Source of the DNA: Sedimentisphaerales bacterium
GTDB lineage: Bacteria > Planctomycetota > Phycisphaerae > Sedimentisphaerales > Anaerobacaceae
Assembly: GCA_040772485.1 (NCBI GenBank)
Contig: JAXGYC010000007.1
Coordinates: 768,001-832,000, forward strand
Length of the DNA: 64,000 nt
Direction of reading: 5' to 3'
The position numbers and the translations under genes were made by a program. Each line of letters starts with the position of its first letter. Position 1 is the stretch's first letter. This document shows positions 45,473-56,025 of this stretch, piece after piece. A model generated the notes under the pieces. That model had not been told where the DNA came from, searched no databases, and worked only from the letters and a program-made list of their open reading frames with translations.

Positions 45473-48400
45473 TCAGGCATCTTTGCCGTGGCATTTCTTG
45501 TATTTCTTTCCGCTGCCGCACGGGCAGGGGTCATTGCGCCCGACCTTGGGCTGCTCCAACCGAATCTGTTTGACCTTCTGCTCGCCCTGGGGCGCCTGGG
45601 CGGCCGCACGCTGCCGTTCGGCCATCGCAAACTGCCCCACTTCGTCGTGCGAAGTCTGGCTGACGTTCCAGACGCTCCGCGCCCGCGTTCCGGCTTCGAG
45701 ATGGACGCGGAAGATGATGTCCGTGACGCGGTCCTCGATCGACTCGAGCATCTCGTTGAACATCCGGTAGCCTTCGCGCTTGTACTCGACCTTCGGGTCC
45801 TTCTCCGCGAAAGAGCGGGTCCAGATGCTGTCCTTGAGGTGGTCCATCGCGTACAGATGGTCCTTCCACGTGCTATCGTACACCTGCAGCAGGACGTATC
45901 GTTCCAGGTCCGCCAGCTCGCGACGCATGAACTGGCGCCCGACCTCGGCCAGACGCGCTTTGACGTCTGCGCCATCCCCCAGATCACCCGCTCTCAAAGA
46001 GGCGTCGAACCTCGCGTTGGCCCACTCGATCAACTGCTCGCGGGGCAGGCCACGGACCTTCTCGGTCAGCTCCTCCTCGAGCTTTCCGTCGCTGTAGCTG
46101 GCGCTCAGTCGCATCAACTGCTCGTGCACGTCTCGCGGCTTGGCGTTCTGCAACCACTCGATGGACAGGTCGGCGTTGTACTTCTTGTTCGCCCACTGCG
46201 CCAGAGACTCGAAGCCGTAAACGTTGGCTCCCTGCGAACCATAGGCCATGCTCATCGCGAACTCGACGGGGTACTCGATCTCGCGCCGGTGGTACTTCTC
46301 GGCGGTCTCGGCGAGCATCAGCTCGCGGACCTCCTTGGCGTTGAGGTCTTTCAGACGCTCGGTGTCCAGCTTGAGATCGAACTTGGCCCGCGCCCATTCG
46401 GCCAGACGACGCACGGCGAAGTCCGCACGGAGAAACTCCGCCAGCGGCGAGCAATCCCTCTTGTCCACCTGCTCGCCGGCCGCAGAAGCAAGCTGCTCTT
46501 CGATCTCCTCCGGCGACTGGTTTTTGACCTTGCCGGCGCTGAGGTTGACCTTGAACGCCGACATGGCCCACTTGGTCAGGCCCGCCACATCCCACGTGCT
46601 CGGGTCCGCATAGTCCTCCAGGTACTCGCCGAGCGACAGCGCGATGTTGCTCCGGGCGGCGTCCCTGGCACGCTCCTTGACCAGGGTCTCGACCTCTCGG
46701 GGCTCGACCTCGACCACATCGGAGAGCCTCAGCTCGACGTCGAAGTTCGCCCGCACCCATTCCAGCATGCACTTGTACGCGTATTCCTTGTCGAGGATGG
46801 ACTCGCAGTGGCTGGTGATCGTCGCGTCGATCATCTCCTCGATCATCTCACGGAGGTGGCGGCCCTCGAGGACCTGCCGCCGGCGCGAGTAGAAGATCTT
46901 CCGCTGGTGGTCCATCACCTCGTCGTATTCGAGCAGGCTCTTGCGAATCTCGAAGTTGCGCTCCTCCACCTTCTTCTGAGCCTTCTCGATGCCCTTGCTG
47001 ATCCGGCTGTGATAAATGGGCTCGCCCTCTTCCCACCCGATCCAGCTCAGCGCCTTGACCGTCCACTCGGGCGCAAAGACACGCATCAGGTCGTCGTCGA
47101 AACTGAGGAAGAACTGGCTGGATCCGGCGTCGCCCTGCCGGCCGGCGCGCCCGCGGAGCTGGTTGTCGATCCGTCGGGCCTCGTGCCGCTCGGTGCCGAG
47201 GATGTGCAGGCCGCCGATGCCGGCCACCCCCGGACCGAGCTTGATGTCGGTGCCTCGGCCGGCCATGTTCGTCGCGATGGTCACGTTGCCGCGCATCTGG
47301 CCGTTGCGGGCCTGGTGCTGCTGGCCCGCCTTCAGCACGATCTGCGCCTCGCGGGCGTGCTGCTTGGCGTTGAGGACCTCGTGATCGAGCCCGTGCCGCT
47401 TCGTCAGCGCCGTCGAGAGCAACTCGCTCTTCTCGATGCTGATCGTGCCGACCAGAACGGGCCGGCCGGCGGCACTGATCTCGTTGATCTCCTCGACGAT
47501 GGCGTTGAACTTCTCCGGCATCGACTTGTAGATCACATCCTGACGGTCGTCTCGGACACAAGGCTGGTTCGTCGGAATCACGACGACGTCCAGCTTGTAG
47601 ATCTTCATGAACTCGTCGGCCTCGGTCGCCGCCGTACCGGTCATGCCGGCGATGGCGTCGTACAGCTTGAAGAAATTCTGAAGCGTGATCGTCGCGAGGG
47701 TCTGCGTCTCCTCCTTGACGGTGACCCCCTCCTTCGCCTCGACCGCCTGGTGCAGGCCGTCGGACCACTGGCGGCCGTGCATCAACCGGCCGGTGAACTC
47801 ATCGACAATGATGACCTTGCCCTCCATCACGACGTAGTCTTTCTCCTTTTCGAAGACCACGTGCGCGCGGAGGCTCTGCTGCAAGAGATGCGGCCAATCG
47901 ATGTTGGTCCCGGTGTAAAACGACCCCATGCCCGCGATATCCTGCGCCGCCTTCTCGCCCTCGTCGGTCATGCGCACCTGTTTGCGGTCGAACTCGACCT
48001 CGTAGTATTGCGTCGCCTGCGTCAGGCGAGCCTGGGCATCCGCAATCTCCTGCTGGGCCTTGTCGATGGCCTGCTGGGCCTTGTCGATCCGCTTGCTGTC
48101 CTTGTCCTTCTTGGCCTCGGACAGCTCGCCCTGAGCGTTGGCGATCCTGCGTTCGGCGGCGTCGATCTGCGACTTGATCCGGTCGTAGCCGCTCTGAAGC
48201 GAGATCAGTTGCCGCGCGATCTGATCGGCTTTCTTGTACCGCGTGACATCGTCGAAGGCCGGACCCGAGATGATCAACGGCGTTCTCGCCTCATCGATCA
48301 GGATCGAGTCCACCTCGTCGACGATGGCGTACTGGAGCGGCCCCTGCACCATCTGCTCCAGCGAAGTTTTCATGTTGTCGCGGAGGTAGTCGAAGCCAAA

Positions 48401-48961
48401 TTCGTTGTTGGTGCCGTACGTGATATCGCAGAGATACGTTTCTTTGCGTTCCCGGCCGGCGGTGTCCATGTCGGCCTGAATCGCTCCGACCGTCATGCCC
48501 AAGGCATGGTAGACCGGCGACATCCACTCGGCGTCGCGTTTGGCCAGGTAGTCGTTCACCGTGACGATGTGCACGTGCCGCCCGGTCAGGTGCACGAGGT
48601 AGGCGGCCAGGGTCGCCACAAGCGTCTTGCCCTCCCCCGTGGCCATCTCGGCGATCTTGCCCTCGAACAGCACGTTGCCGCCGATGAGCTGGACGTCGAA
48701 GTGGCGCATCTCAACGGTCCGGCGGGCCACCTCTCGCACGACCGCGAACGCTTCCGGCAGGATCTCTTCCGGACTCCTGCCGGCCGCCAGAGCGGACTTG
48801 AACTCGGCCGTCTTGGCCCTGAGCGCCGCGTCGTCGAGCTGGCGCATCCGATCCTCGAACGCCCCGGCCCGCTCGACCATGCCCGTGTAGCTCTTGACCA
48901 GACGCTCGTTCCGGGAGCCGAAGATCTTCAGGAGGACCTTGTTTACTTTCTCGAAAGCCAT
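45473..48961 (-). CDS. secA: Preprotein translocase ATPase SecA (extended, 1162 aa)
   Basis: [79 protein letters not shown]. Confidence 0.98.
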   Translation of the reverse strand: MAFEKVNKVLLKIFGSRNERLVKSYTGMVERAGAFEDRMRQLDDAALRAKTAEFKSALAAGRSPEEILPEAFAVVREVARRTVEMRHFDVQLIGGNVLFEGKIAEMATGEGKTLVATLAAYLVHLTGRHVHIVTVNDYLAKRDAEWMSPVYHALGMTVGAIQADMDTAGRERKETYLCDITYGTNNEFGFDYLRDNMKTSLEQMVQGPLQYAIVDEVDSILIDEARTPLIISGPAFDDVTRYKKADQIARQLISLQSGYDRIKSQIDAAERRIANAQGELSEAKKDKDSKRIDKAQQAIDKAQQEIADAQARLTQATQYYEVEFDRKQVRMTDEGEKAAQDIAGMGSFYTGTNIDWPHLLQQSLRAHVVFEKEKDYVVMEGKVIIVDEFTGRLMHGRQWSDGLHQAVEAKEGVTVKEETQTLATITLQNFFKLYDAIAGMTGTAATEADEFMKIYKLDVVVIPTNQPCVRDDRQDVIYKSMPEKFNAIVEEINEISAAGRPVLVGTISIEKSELLSTALTKRHGLDHEVLNAKQHAREAQIVLKAGQQHQARNGQMRGNVTIATNMAGRGTDIKLGPGVAGIGGLHILGTERHEARRIDNQLRGRAGRQGDAGSSQFFLSFDDDLMRVFAPEWTVKALSWIGWEEGEPIYHSRISKGIEKAQKKVEERNFEIRKSLLEYDEVMDHQRKIFYSRRRQVLEGRHLREMIEEMIDATITSHCESILDKEYAYKCMLEWVRANFDVELRLSDVVEVEPREVETLVKERARDAARSNIALSLGEYLEDYADPSTWDVAGLTKWAMSAFKVNLSAGKVKNQSPEEIEEQLASAAGEQVDKRDCSPLAEFLRADFAVRRLAEWARAKFDLKLDTERLKDLNAKEVRELMLAETAEKYHRREIEYPVEFAMSMAYGSQGANVYGFESLAQWANKKYNADLSIEWLQNAKPRDVHEQLMRLSASYSDGKLEEELTEKVRGLPREQLIEWANARFDASLRAGDLGDGADVKARLAEVGRQFMRRELADLERYVLLQVYDSTWKDHLYAMDHLKDSIWTRSFAEKDPKVEYKREGYRMFNEMLESIEDRVTDIIFRVHLEAGTRARSVWNVSQTSHDEVGQFAMAERQRAAAQAPQGEQKVKQIRLEQPKVGRNDPCPCGSGKKYKKCHGKDA

Positions 48962-49031
48962 TTCGCTAACTCGATCCTCTCCATAAAGGCGCCGTCACCG
49001 CTGTCCGACACAGACCGCCGGCTCATGCGCT

Positions 49032-49592
49032 TCAATTCTTGACCCGCGTAACGTACAGCCCGGTGCGCGTGTCCACGCGGATCAGTTCGCCCACCTTGAT
49101 GAACGGGGGCACGGTAACCACCAACCCGGTCTCCAGGGTGGCCGGCTTGGTCTGGCTCGTGGCCGTAGCGCCCTTGATCTCGGGCGGAGTATCGGTCACT
49201 TCCAGGTCCACCGTGTTGGGAAGCGTAACGACGATGGGTTTGCCTTCGTACATGCTGACCTGGAGCGGCGTATTGGGCTTGAGGTACTTCGGGCCGTCGC
49301 CGAAGGCATCGTCGTCGAGAGCAATCTGATCGAATGTCTGCAAGTCCATGAGGACATGCCCTTCGTTCGAGGAATACAGATACTCGTAGTTGCGCTTGTC
49401 GAGTTCGACCTCTTCGACGACTTCTTCACTGCGAATTCGCGCGTTCTGAATCGAGCCGTCCGTCAGACTCTTGAGCTTGGTCTGGTAGATGGCGCCGCCC
49501 TTGCCCAATTTGACGTGATCGAAATCGACGATCGCATAGAGCTTTCCGTCAATCTTGACGGTCTGGCCCTTCTGCATTTCCGATGCCTTCAT
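49032..49592 (-). CDS. efp: Elongation factor P
   Basis: HVKLGKGGA loop, YEYLY, TPPEIKGAT, KPATLETG..VPPFI..GE.IRVDTRTG.Y. Confidence 0.95.
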   Translation of the reverse strand: MKASEMQKGQTVKIDGKLYAIVDFDHVKLGKGGAIYQTKLKSLTDGSIQNARIRSEEVVEEVELDKRNYEYLYSSNEGHVLMDLQTFDQIALDDDAFGDGPKYLKPNTPLQVSMYEGKPIVVTLPNTVDLEVTDTPPEIKGATATSQTKPATLETGLVVTVPPFIKVGELIRVDTRTGLYVTRVKN

Positions 49593-49661
49593 ACTCCGCT
49601 CCAACAGCCACCCGGATGGATATCTTCAAAACTGCGACCGCAAAGCACTTACGGTCGGGCC

Positions 49662-49690
49662 AGTATGCCAGAATCGCTGAGGCCTGTCAA
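49662..49690 (-). promoter_or_regulatory. Putative sigma70 promoter of efp-secA
   Basis: TTGACA-17 bp-CATACT. Confidence 0.65.
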
Positions 49691-49818
49691 GAAACCTGAT
49701 CGGCCCCTTGTGGTGGCAGCGGGATGACACGGCCAGGTGAAAGAGATATGCTGTCGGCTCAAAGAGCGGTCGAAGAGGCCGCCGGCAGACAAGACAGCCT
49801 CTGCTTGGGAGTGGCGAG

Positions 49819-50628
49819 ATGCTGGGCGCCATCGCGGGCGACATCGCGGGATCGGCCTACGAGAGCAGGCCGACCAAACGCAAGGACATACCGCTGTTCG
49901 GGCCGCTGGCGACCTTCACCGACGACACGGTCCTGACGGTGGCGGTCGCGGATGCGCTTCTGGGCGAGTGCAACTACGAGCATGCCCTGCGAACCTATAC
50001 CCGCCGGCATCCCTTGCGCGGCTACGGCGGCCATTTCCTCCAATGGGCGACGGCGTCGCGCATGGGGCCATACAATAGCTTCGGCAACGGCTCGGCGATG
50101 CGCGTCAGTCCGGTGGCATATGCCTTCGATTCAGAGGACGACGTGCTGCGCGAGGCGGCCAGGACGGCCGACTGCACGCACAACCATCCCGAGGGGATCA
50201 AAGGGGCCCAGGCGACGGCGCTGGCGGTGTTTCTCGCTCGAAAAGGCGAGGACAAGGAGTCGATTCGCCGGAGGATGAGCGACAGTTTCGGGTATGACCT
50301 GTCGCGAACGATCGACAAGATTCGGCCCGGCTACGTCTTCGACGTGACCTGCCAGGGCTCGGTGCCCGAGGCGATCATCGCTTTCCTGGACTCCTGCTCG
50401 TACGAGGACGCCGTACGCAACGCGATCTCGCTTGGCGGCGACAGCGACACCCAGGCCTGTATCGCCGGCGCCATCGCCGAGGCACACTACAAGGACATCC
50501 CCACCGAGTTCCTCCGACAGATTCGCACGCAACTGACCGAAGACCTCTGGGACACGACCCTGCGATTCTGCAGGCGCTGCGGCATCCCAGCGATCCTCGA
50601 ACGCATTCAGACAGTGGACCTGGCGTAG
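49819..50628 (+). CDS. ADP-ribosylglycohydrolase family protein
   Basis: GAIAGDIAGS, FTDDT, GNGSAMR, THNHP, GGDSDT..CIAG. Confidence 0.93.
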   Translation: MLGAIAGDIAGSAYESRPTKRKDIPLFGPLATFTDDTVLTVAVADALLGECNYEHALRTYTRRHPLRGYGGHFLQWATASRMGPYNSFGNGSAMRVSPVAYAFDSEDDVLREAARTADCTHNHPEGIKGAQATALAVFLARKGEDKESIRRRMSDSFGYDLSRTIDKIRPGYVFDVTCQGSVPEAIIAFLDSCSYEDAVRNAISLGGDSDTQACIAGAIAEAHYKDIPTEFLRQIRTQLTEDLWDTTLRFCRRCGIPAILERIQTVDLA

Positions 50629-50744
50629 CTTCCTGAGTCAGGGCTTTTCGATTGATAATCCGCGCCGATGCAGGTATCACAGGGCCATGAGCTGGCACTT
50701 GGCCGCTCCAACCTCGATCCATTTCAGCGTAGAGGAGAGCCTTC

Positions 50745-52112
50745 ATGGACAAGCATATGAATCGACGCGAATGCCTCAGGGCGCTCGGGCTGTCGGGACT
50801 GACGGCGGGACTCGGATTGACCGGCGCGCCGGCGTCTCACGCTCAAGGCGTTGGGGAATCGAGCGGGTTCCAGAGTTCGGTCATCGACGCTCACAAGGTT
50901 CAGGACACGCGCACCGCCGCAACGATCGTCGACGGCAAAGTGATCCAGCCGCAGCGAGAGCTGCCGATCCTCCGCCAAACTGACGTGCTCGTGGTCGGAG
51001 GCGGGTCGGCCGGCGTGGTCGCCGCCATTGCCGCCAGGCGTGCCGGTGCCAGCGTCACGCTGGTTGAGCGTTATGGCCACTTCGGAGGGCTCTGGACCGG
51101 CGGGCTTGTCGTGCTGATCATCGGGCACATCGCCAAAGGCGGCAAGCAGGTCTGCCAAGGCATCGGCGAAGAGATGATGCGACGGCTGGACAAGCTCGAC
51201 GGCGCGATCATCGACCGGCGTCCCGGCGTCAATCCCACCGTCGACGCCGAGGCCGCCAAATACATGATGGTCGAGATGATCGAGGAGGCGGGCGTCGACG
51301 TATTCCTTCACTGCTGGGGCGTCGACGCCATCGTCACCGAGAACAGCGTGCGTGGCGTCGTCTTTGAGAGCAAGTCGGGCCGGCAGGCCATCCTGGCCAA
51401 GACCGTGGTCGACGCCACCGGTGACGGCGACCTGTTCGCCGCGGCCGGGGCCGAATTCGAGCATCGTTCGCACAACGTCGGTCTCGTCTCGCGGATCGGC
51501 AACCTCGATCGGGTCGATGCCGAGAAGGCCGGGCAGGCCCCGAAACCAAGGCATTTGGGCTCGGCCACCCCCGTGCCCGGCGTCAATTGGGTCAACCTGA
51601 CCGGCCCGGAAGTGGATGGGCTGGACATCGCGACCCTGACGCGTATGGAGATGAAACACCGCAAATTCATCTGGAACAATGTCCAGAGGACCCGCCAGAC
51701 GCCGGGATACGAGAAGGTCTATCTGGTCGAGACCGCACCGCAGCTCGGCGTGCGCATCACCCGCGTCCTCAACGGTCTGAACCGTGTCAGGCTGTCGGAC
51801 CTGAGAGAGGCGACGAAGTTCCCCGACGTGGTCGGCGTAGGTGGTTCCTCGGGAGCGACCCACGGCGAGTGGCAGATTCCCTACGGGGCCCTGGTCCCCA
51901 CGAAGGTGGACAACGTGCTGGCGGCCGGCCGCTGCATCAGCGTCGACATGGGCATGGCGGACCTGGTGCGTCTGGTGCCCAACTGCTTCGTTACCGGTCA
52001 CGCCGCAGGCGTCGCGGCCGCGGTGGCCGTGAGGGACGACTGCCGGTCCCGGGACGTGGACATCGCGAAGGTCCAGAAGATCCTCCGGCAGCAGGAGGCC
52101 TATCTCGGGTGA
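50745..52112 (+). CDS. Tat-exported FAD-dependent oxidoreductase
   Basis: MNRRECL twin-arginine signal; DVLVVGGGSAG, VDATGDGD, IPYGALVP..NVLAAGRCIS, GHAAG.AA. Confidence 0.9.
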   Translation: MDKHMNRRECLRALGLSGLTAGLGLTGAPASHAQGVGESSGFQSSVIDAHKVQDTRTAATIVDGKVIQPQRELPILRQTDVLVVGGGSAGVVAAIAARRAGASVTLVERYGHFGGLWTGGLVVLIIGHIAKGGKQVCQGIGEEMMRRLDKLDGAIIDRRPGVNPTVDAEAAKYMMVEMIEEAGVDVFLHCWGVDAIVTENSVRGVVFESKSGRQAILAKTVVDATGDGDLFAAAGAEFEHRSHNVGLVSRIGNLDRVDAEKAGQAPKPRHLGSATPVPGVNWVNLTGPEVDGLDIATLTRMEMKHRKFIWNNVQRTRQTPGYEKVYLVETAPQLGVRITRVLNGLNRVRLSDLREATKFPDVVGVGGSSGATHGEWQIPYGALVPTKVDNVLAAGRCISVDMGMADLVRLVPNCFVTGHAAGVAAAVAVRDDCRSRDVDIAKVQKILRQQEAYLG

Positions 52113-53338
52113 ACAACCCTCTAGAGCCCAACAGGGAGTCGGGCAGAACAGAGGCCGCAAGACGCCGCCGCGTCCGATGGCTCGTCCGCGTTTCGTCGCT
52201 GGTTGTCGCTATCGTCCTGCTCCTGGCGGCCAAGCAGACGCGATGGCCGGTGCTGGTCCCGGCGTTGAGTCCCTTTATCGCCGTGGGCTCGATCCTGGCG
52301 ACGCGGGCGTTTGCTGTCGCGGCGTGTCTGGGATTGGCGGTGGGCTTAATCGCGATGCTGCGGCCGCGCTGGTTCTGCCGATGGGTTTGTCCCCTGGGCC
52401 TGTGCGCCGATGGCATGAGCTACATGGGCCGGCGCTGCGGCCGAGAATCTGTGAAGCGGCCCTCGATCGGCCGATGGATCGTGTTGCTGACCCTGGCGGG
52501 CGCCTGCCTGGGATATCCTCTTCTGCTATGGTTGGACCCGCTGGCGATATTCTCCGGCGCGTTCGGGGTCGCCGAATCGCGGACTGGCTGGCTGATGGTC
52601 CTGCCCCTGTTGCTGGTTCTGGCGACGAGCTTCGTATGGCCGCACATCTGGTGTGGCAGGATCTGCCCCCTGGGGGCACTTCAAGACGCACTGACCCATC
52701 TGGCCAGTCGCGCACGCCGCAAGCGTGCACAGCATTCGCCCGAGCGATGGAATCCACCGCTGGCCAGACGGACGGTCCTTGGCGTGGCCGCCGGCGCCGC
52801 TCTGGCCGGAATCGCCCGGTCCAGCCAAGGCTCCAGACCACGGCCGCTTCGTCCGCCCGGCGCGATCGACGAGCCGGAGTTTCTCGGCGTCTGCGTTCGC
52901 TGCGGCAACTGCGTCCGGGCATGCCCTACCCACATCATTGAGCCGTCTCTCGGCCGTCACGGACCGGCAGGTCTTCTGGCGCCCATCCTTCACTTCCAAG
53001 AAAACTACTGCCTGGTCGATTGCACAAAATGCACGCAGGTGTGCCCCAGCGGTGCGCTGGTGCGGCTGTCTCCCGACGGCAAAGCCAGCAGACCGATCGG
53101 GCTGCCACAGGTGGACATGAGCGTGTGCCTGCTGGCAGAGAGCCGCGAGTGCACGGAATGCGGCAGGTGGTGTCCGCACGCCGCGATTCGCTATGTGTGG
53201 TCCGAAACTGAATACACTCTGATCCCGGAAATCGACGCTCAGAAATGCACGGGTTGCGGCGCGTGCGAGGCGGCTTGTCCCACGAAGCCAAACAAAGCCA
53301 TTGTCGTTGTGGCCATTGAGAGAGCGGCCGGCGGATGA
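52109..53338 (+). CDS. Membrane polyferredoxin: NapH/MauN-like domain fused to NapF/G-like 4Fe-4S domain
   Basis: GTG overlaps the upstream TGA; two CxxxCPLG motifs in the TM region; LRPPGA, CVRCGNCVRACP, CTKCTQVCP, CTGCGACEAACP. Confidence 0.88.
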   Translation: MNNPLEPNRESGRTEAARRRRVRWLVRVSSLVVAIVLLLAAKQTRWPVLVPALSPFIAVGSILATRAFAVAACLGLAVGLIAMLRPRWFCRWVCPLGLCADGMSYMGRRCGRESVKRPSIGRWIVLLTLAGACLGYPLLLWLDPLAIFSGAFGVAESRTGWLMVLPLLLVLATSFVWPHIWCGRICPLGALQDALTHLASRARRKRAQHSPERWNPPLARRTVLGVAAGAALAGIARSSQGSRPRPLRPPGAIDEPEFLGVCVRCGNCVRACPTHIIEPSLGRHGPAGLLAPILHFQENYCLVDCTKCTQVCPSGALVRLSPDGKASRPIGLPQVDMSVCLLAESRECTECGRWCPHAAIRYVWSETEYTLIPEIDAQKCTGCGACEAACPTKPNKAIVVVAIERAAGG

Positions 53339-53354
53339 GCTGCCGCGACCAACG

Positions 53355-55580
53355 TCACTTGTGCCTCTTCTTCTTCGCCTGGAGCTTTCGGGCGGGCTTG
53401 CGGGCATTGCGGCGAGGCTTACGATCCGATTCGCGCCGTGACTTGCCTCGGCCCTCGCCCAGAGGGCTGACGGGCGCAAGGCTCAACTGGCGTCCGGGAA
53501 CGTTGACCGAGACGATACGGACGTGCATGGGCTGGCCCAGATGGACCTCCTGGCCGCTGCGCTCGCCGACGACACACTGGGCGCCCTTGTTCAGCAGCCA
53601 CTTGTCGGGCCCGAGGTCTTCAAACTTGATGAGACCTTCGATTCCGAATTTCCGCGACTGAACAAACAGGCCGAACCCGGCCAATCCCGTCACGACGCAG
53701 TCGAGCTCTTCCCCGATTCGCTTGCTGAGCATTTGCAGCGTGAGGACGGCGACCAGGTCGCGCTCGGCGTCTTCGGCCCTCTGCTCGGTGAAGGTGATGT
53801 GCTTGCCCACCGCCGCAAGGTCCTGACCGGCAGCCACCTGCTTGGCGATGTCGATCCGATCCTGGAGGTGGAACTGCAACTGCCGGTGCACCAGCAGGTC
53901 CGCATAGCGCCGGATCGGGCTGGTGAAATGGCAGTAGTGCGTCGAGGCCAGGGCGTAATGGCCGATGTGCAGCGGCGCGTACTGGGCCTTCTCGAAGCTC
54001 CTGAGCACGACCAAGTTGACCGCCAGCGCACGCTCGGCGTCCTTGACGGAATCCAGCAGATCCTGGATCGCCCTGCGGTCCGGATTGCGGGGCATCGGGA
54101 ACCCCATCGTTCGCAGCAGTTTGGAGAGATTCCTGATGCTCAGCGCATCGGGCTCGGGGTGGATGCGGCGCATGAACGGCACATCCAGGCGGTCGAGCAG
54201 CGACGCGACGGCGTCGTTGGCCTCGACCATGAACATCTCGATGATCGTGTGCGGATAGCTGTTGTCGGCGGGATGGGCGTCCACGACCTGGCCCGACTCA
54301 TCGAAGTCCAGCTCGGGCTCGGGCAGGTCGAGATGAAGCATGCCGTTGTCCGCCCGGCGTTTCTCGATCCGCCGGGCGAGCGCCTCCATCTTAGCCAGCA
54401 ACTTGATGACCTCGGGCTTGGCGCCTTTGGTGTGGCCCTTGAGAATCCGGTCGGCCAGTTCGTAGGTCAGCCGGGCCTTGGAACGGATGATACTGTTGGC
54501 GAAGCGGCGATGCAGAATCTTCCCTGCGTCATCGTACGTAATGTAGACGCTCTTGGCGAATCGCGGCTGGTCTGGCTGGAGGCTGCAAATGCCGTTGCTG
54601 AGGACTTCCGGCAGCATGGGAATCGTCTTGCCCGGCAGGTAGACGCTGTTGCCTCGAAGGCGGGCCTCCTCATCCAGCGGCGAGCCGGCCGGGATGAAGT
54701 GGCTGACGTCCGCGATGTGCACGCCGAGCACCCAGTTGCCGTCGGTGGCGCTGTCCAGGCTGATCGCGTCGTCGAAATCCTTGGCGTCGGGCGGATCGAT
54801 CGTGACGATCATCTTGCCGCTGATGTCCTCTCGCTCGGCACCCGGTTCGGCGCCGAAGGCCGCAGCGGCGCTGCGCGCCTGTTCCAGGCACTCCTCATCG
54901 AATGCTCCCGGCAGATGGAACTGCCGCAGAACCGCTTGGATTTCCGTCTCGTACCGCCCGGCGCGGCCGAGCACCTCGACGATCACACCCCGCGCCAGGT
55001 ACTGCTCATTCGGATACGACAAGATCTCGACGACAACTTTGTCTTTCTCCTTGGCGTTCTTAGCCGCGACGTCTTCCACGACGATGGGCTCGATGAACCT
55101 GCTCCCATCCGGCTGAACGATCCACGCCTCCGGATGCCTGGTCAGGGTCCCGACGAACTGATTGTCGGCGCGTTCGAGCACCTCGATGATCTCACCCGTA
55201 TACCGGGTCTCGCGTCCCCGCACGCCTTTGCGCGTCGCCTTGGCAAGGACGGTGTCGCCGGTCATGGCGTCGCCTGTGCTGTCGGGGGGGATGAACAGAT
55301 CGCCGTGCGCGTTCGCTTCGAGCGGCACGACGAAGCCGAAACCTTTGGCGTTCTTGCGGAAGGTGCCGACAATCTGGCCGGCCATGCTGGGCAGGGTCAC
55401 AAGGTTGCCGCCCCCGATGACCACGTGCCCGGCGCGGCGCAGCTCTTCGAAGGCGGCTTTGAATTCCGAATAGGCGTCCGACTCCACGCCCAGCGCTTTG
55501 GCCAACTGCGCCACCTTCACAGGGGTGTAATCGGCATGCTGGAGCAGCTTGACAATCCGGTCTCGATACACGTTCGGCAT
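53355..55580 (-). CDS. rnr: Ribonuclease R
   Basis: KGFGFV, TIDPPDAKDFDDA, VHIADVS, RGNSVY, HFTSPIRRYADL, S1 domain, basic tail. Confidence 0.96.
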   Translation of the reverse strand: MPNVYRDRIVKLLQHADYTPVKVAQLAKALGVESDAYSEFKAAFEELRRAGHVVIGGGNLVTLPSMAGQIVGTFRKNAKGFGFVVPLEANAHGDLFIPPDSTGDAMTGDTVLAKATRKGVRGRETRYTGEIIEVLERADNQFVGTLTRHPEAWIVQPDGSRFIEPIVVEDVAAKNAKEKDKVVVEILSYPNEQYLARGVIVEVLGRAGRYETEIQAVLRQFHLPGAFDEECLEQARSAAAAFGAEPGAEREDISGKMIVTIDPPDAKDFDDAISLDSATDGNWVLGVHIADVSHFIPAGSPLDEEARLRGNSVYLPGKTIPMLPEVLSNGICSLQPDQPRFAKSVYITYDDAGKILHRRFANSIIRSKARLTYELADRILKGHTKGAKPEVIKLLAKMEALARRIEKRRADNGMLHLDLPEPELDFDESGQVVDAHPADNSYPHTIIEMFMVEANDAVASLLDRLDVPFMRRIHPEPDALSIRNLSKLLRTMGFPMPRNPDRRAIQDLLDSVKDAERALAVNLVVLRSFEKAQYAPLHIGHYALASTHYCHFTSPIRRYADLLVHRQLQFHLQDRIDIAKQVAAGQDLAAVGKHITFTEQRAEDAERDLVAVLTLQMLSKRIGEELDCVVTGLAGFGLFVQSRKFGIEGLIKFEDLGPDKWLLNKGAQCVVGERSGQEVHLGQPMHVRIVSVNVPGRQLSLAPVSPLGEGRGKSRRESDRKPRRNARKPARKLQAKKKRHK

Positions 55581-55592
55581 AGGCCACTCCAA

Positions 55593-55634
55593 TGAAAGCA
55601 GCACCCAACCGATTTCGTGATCGATTGGGTGCTG
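55593..55634 (-). terminator. Hairpin after rpsT (probable terminator/attenuator)
   Basis: CAGCACCCAA..TTGGGTGCTG 10-bp perfect stem followed by CTTTCA on the minus strand. Confidence 0.6.
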
Positions 55635-55704
55635 GCGGTTTCCTACAGCGCCATCCTGTTCGCAGGCCGCCTCGGCGGACGCCGGGCCGGCCGCAACGCT
55701 CCGG

Positions 55705-55986
55705 CTAACTGGTCTGCTGCTTGGCTTTCAGCGCGTTGAGCCTCTTGGCCAGCCGGGACTTCTTCCGAGCAGCGGTTTTCTTGTGCATCGTGCTGGTGGA
55801 GGCCACCTTGTCGAGCTTTTTCACCGTCGCGCGGAATTCGGCGGTCGCCTGTTCGACGTTGCCCTCGCTCAAAGCGGTTTCGAGACGCTTGACCTGCGTC
55901 TTGACCTGGCTCCTGCGAGCCCGGTTGATCGTTCGTTTCTTGGCGTTCTGCCTGACTCTCTTCTTCGCTGATAACGAATGTGCCAC
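55705..55986 (-). CDS. rpsT: 30S ribosomal protein S20
   Basis: SAKKRVRQ..NRARRSQVKT..LDK..HKKTAARKKSRL. Confidence 0.97.
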   Translation of the reverse strand: MAHSLSAKKRVRQNAKKRTINRARRSQVKTQVKRLETALSEGNVEQATAEFRATVKKLDKVASTSTMHKKTAARKKSRLAKRLNALKAKQQTS

Positions 55987-56025
55987 GTTGTTCTCCTGGT
56001 CGTTCCCAAAACGCTACTGCAAAAC

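Noticed and set aside
45488..49042. Long antisense ORFs (1184 aa opposite secA; also 3707-6199, 29551-32103, 53523-55595, 18015-19934, 43795-45573)
   Set aside because: Shadow frames of real high-GC genes, with no motifs or RBS.
49819..50628. ADP-ribosylglycohydrolase as part of a toxin-antitoxin, DraTG or defence system
   Set aside because: There is no adjacent ADP-ribosyltransferase, nif or toxin gene, and stand-alone members are common.
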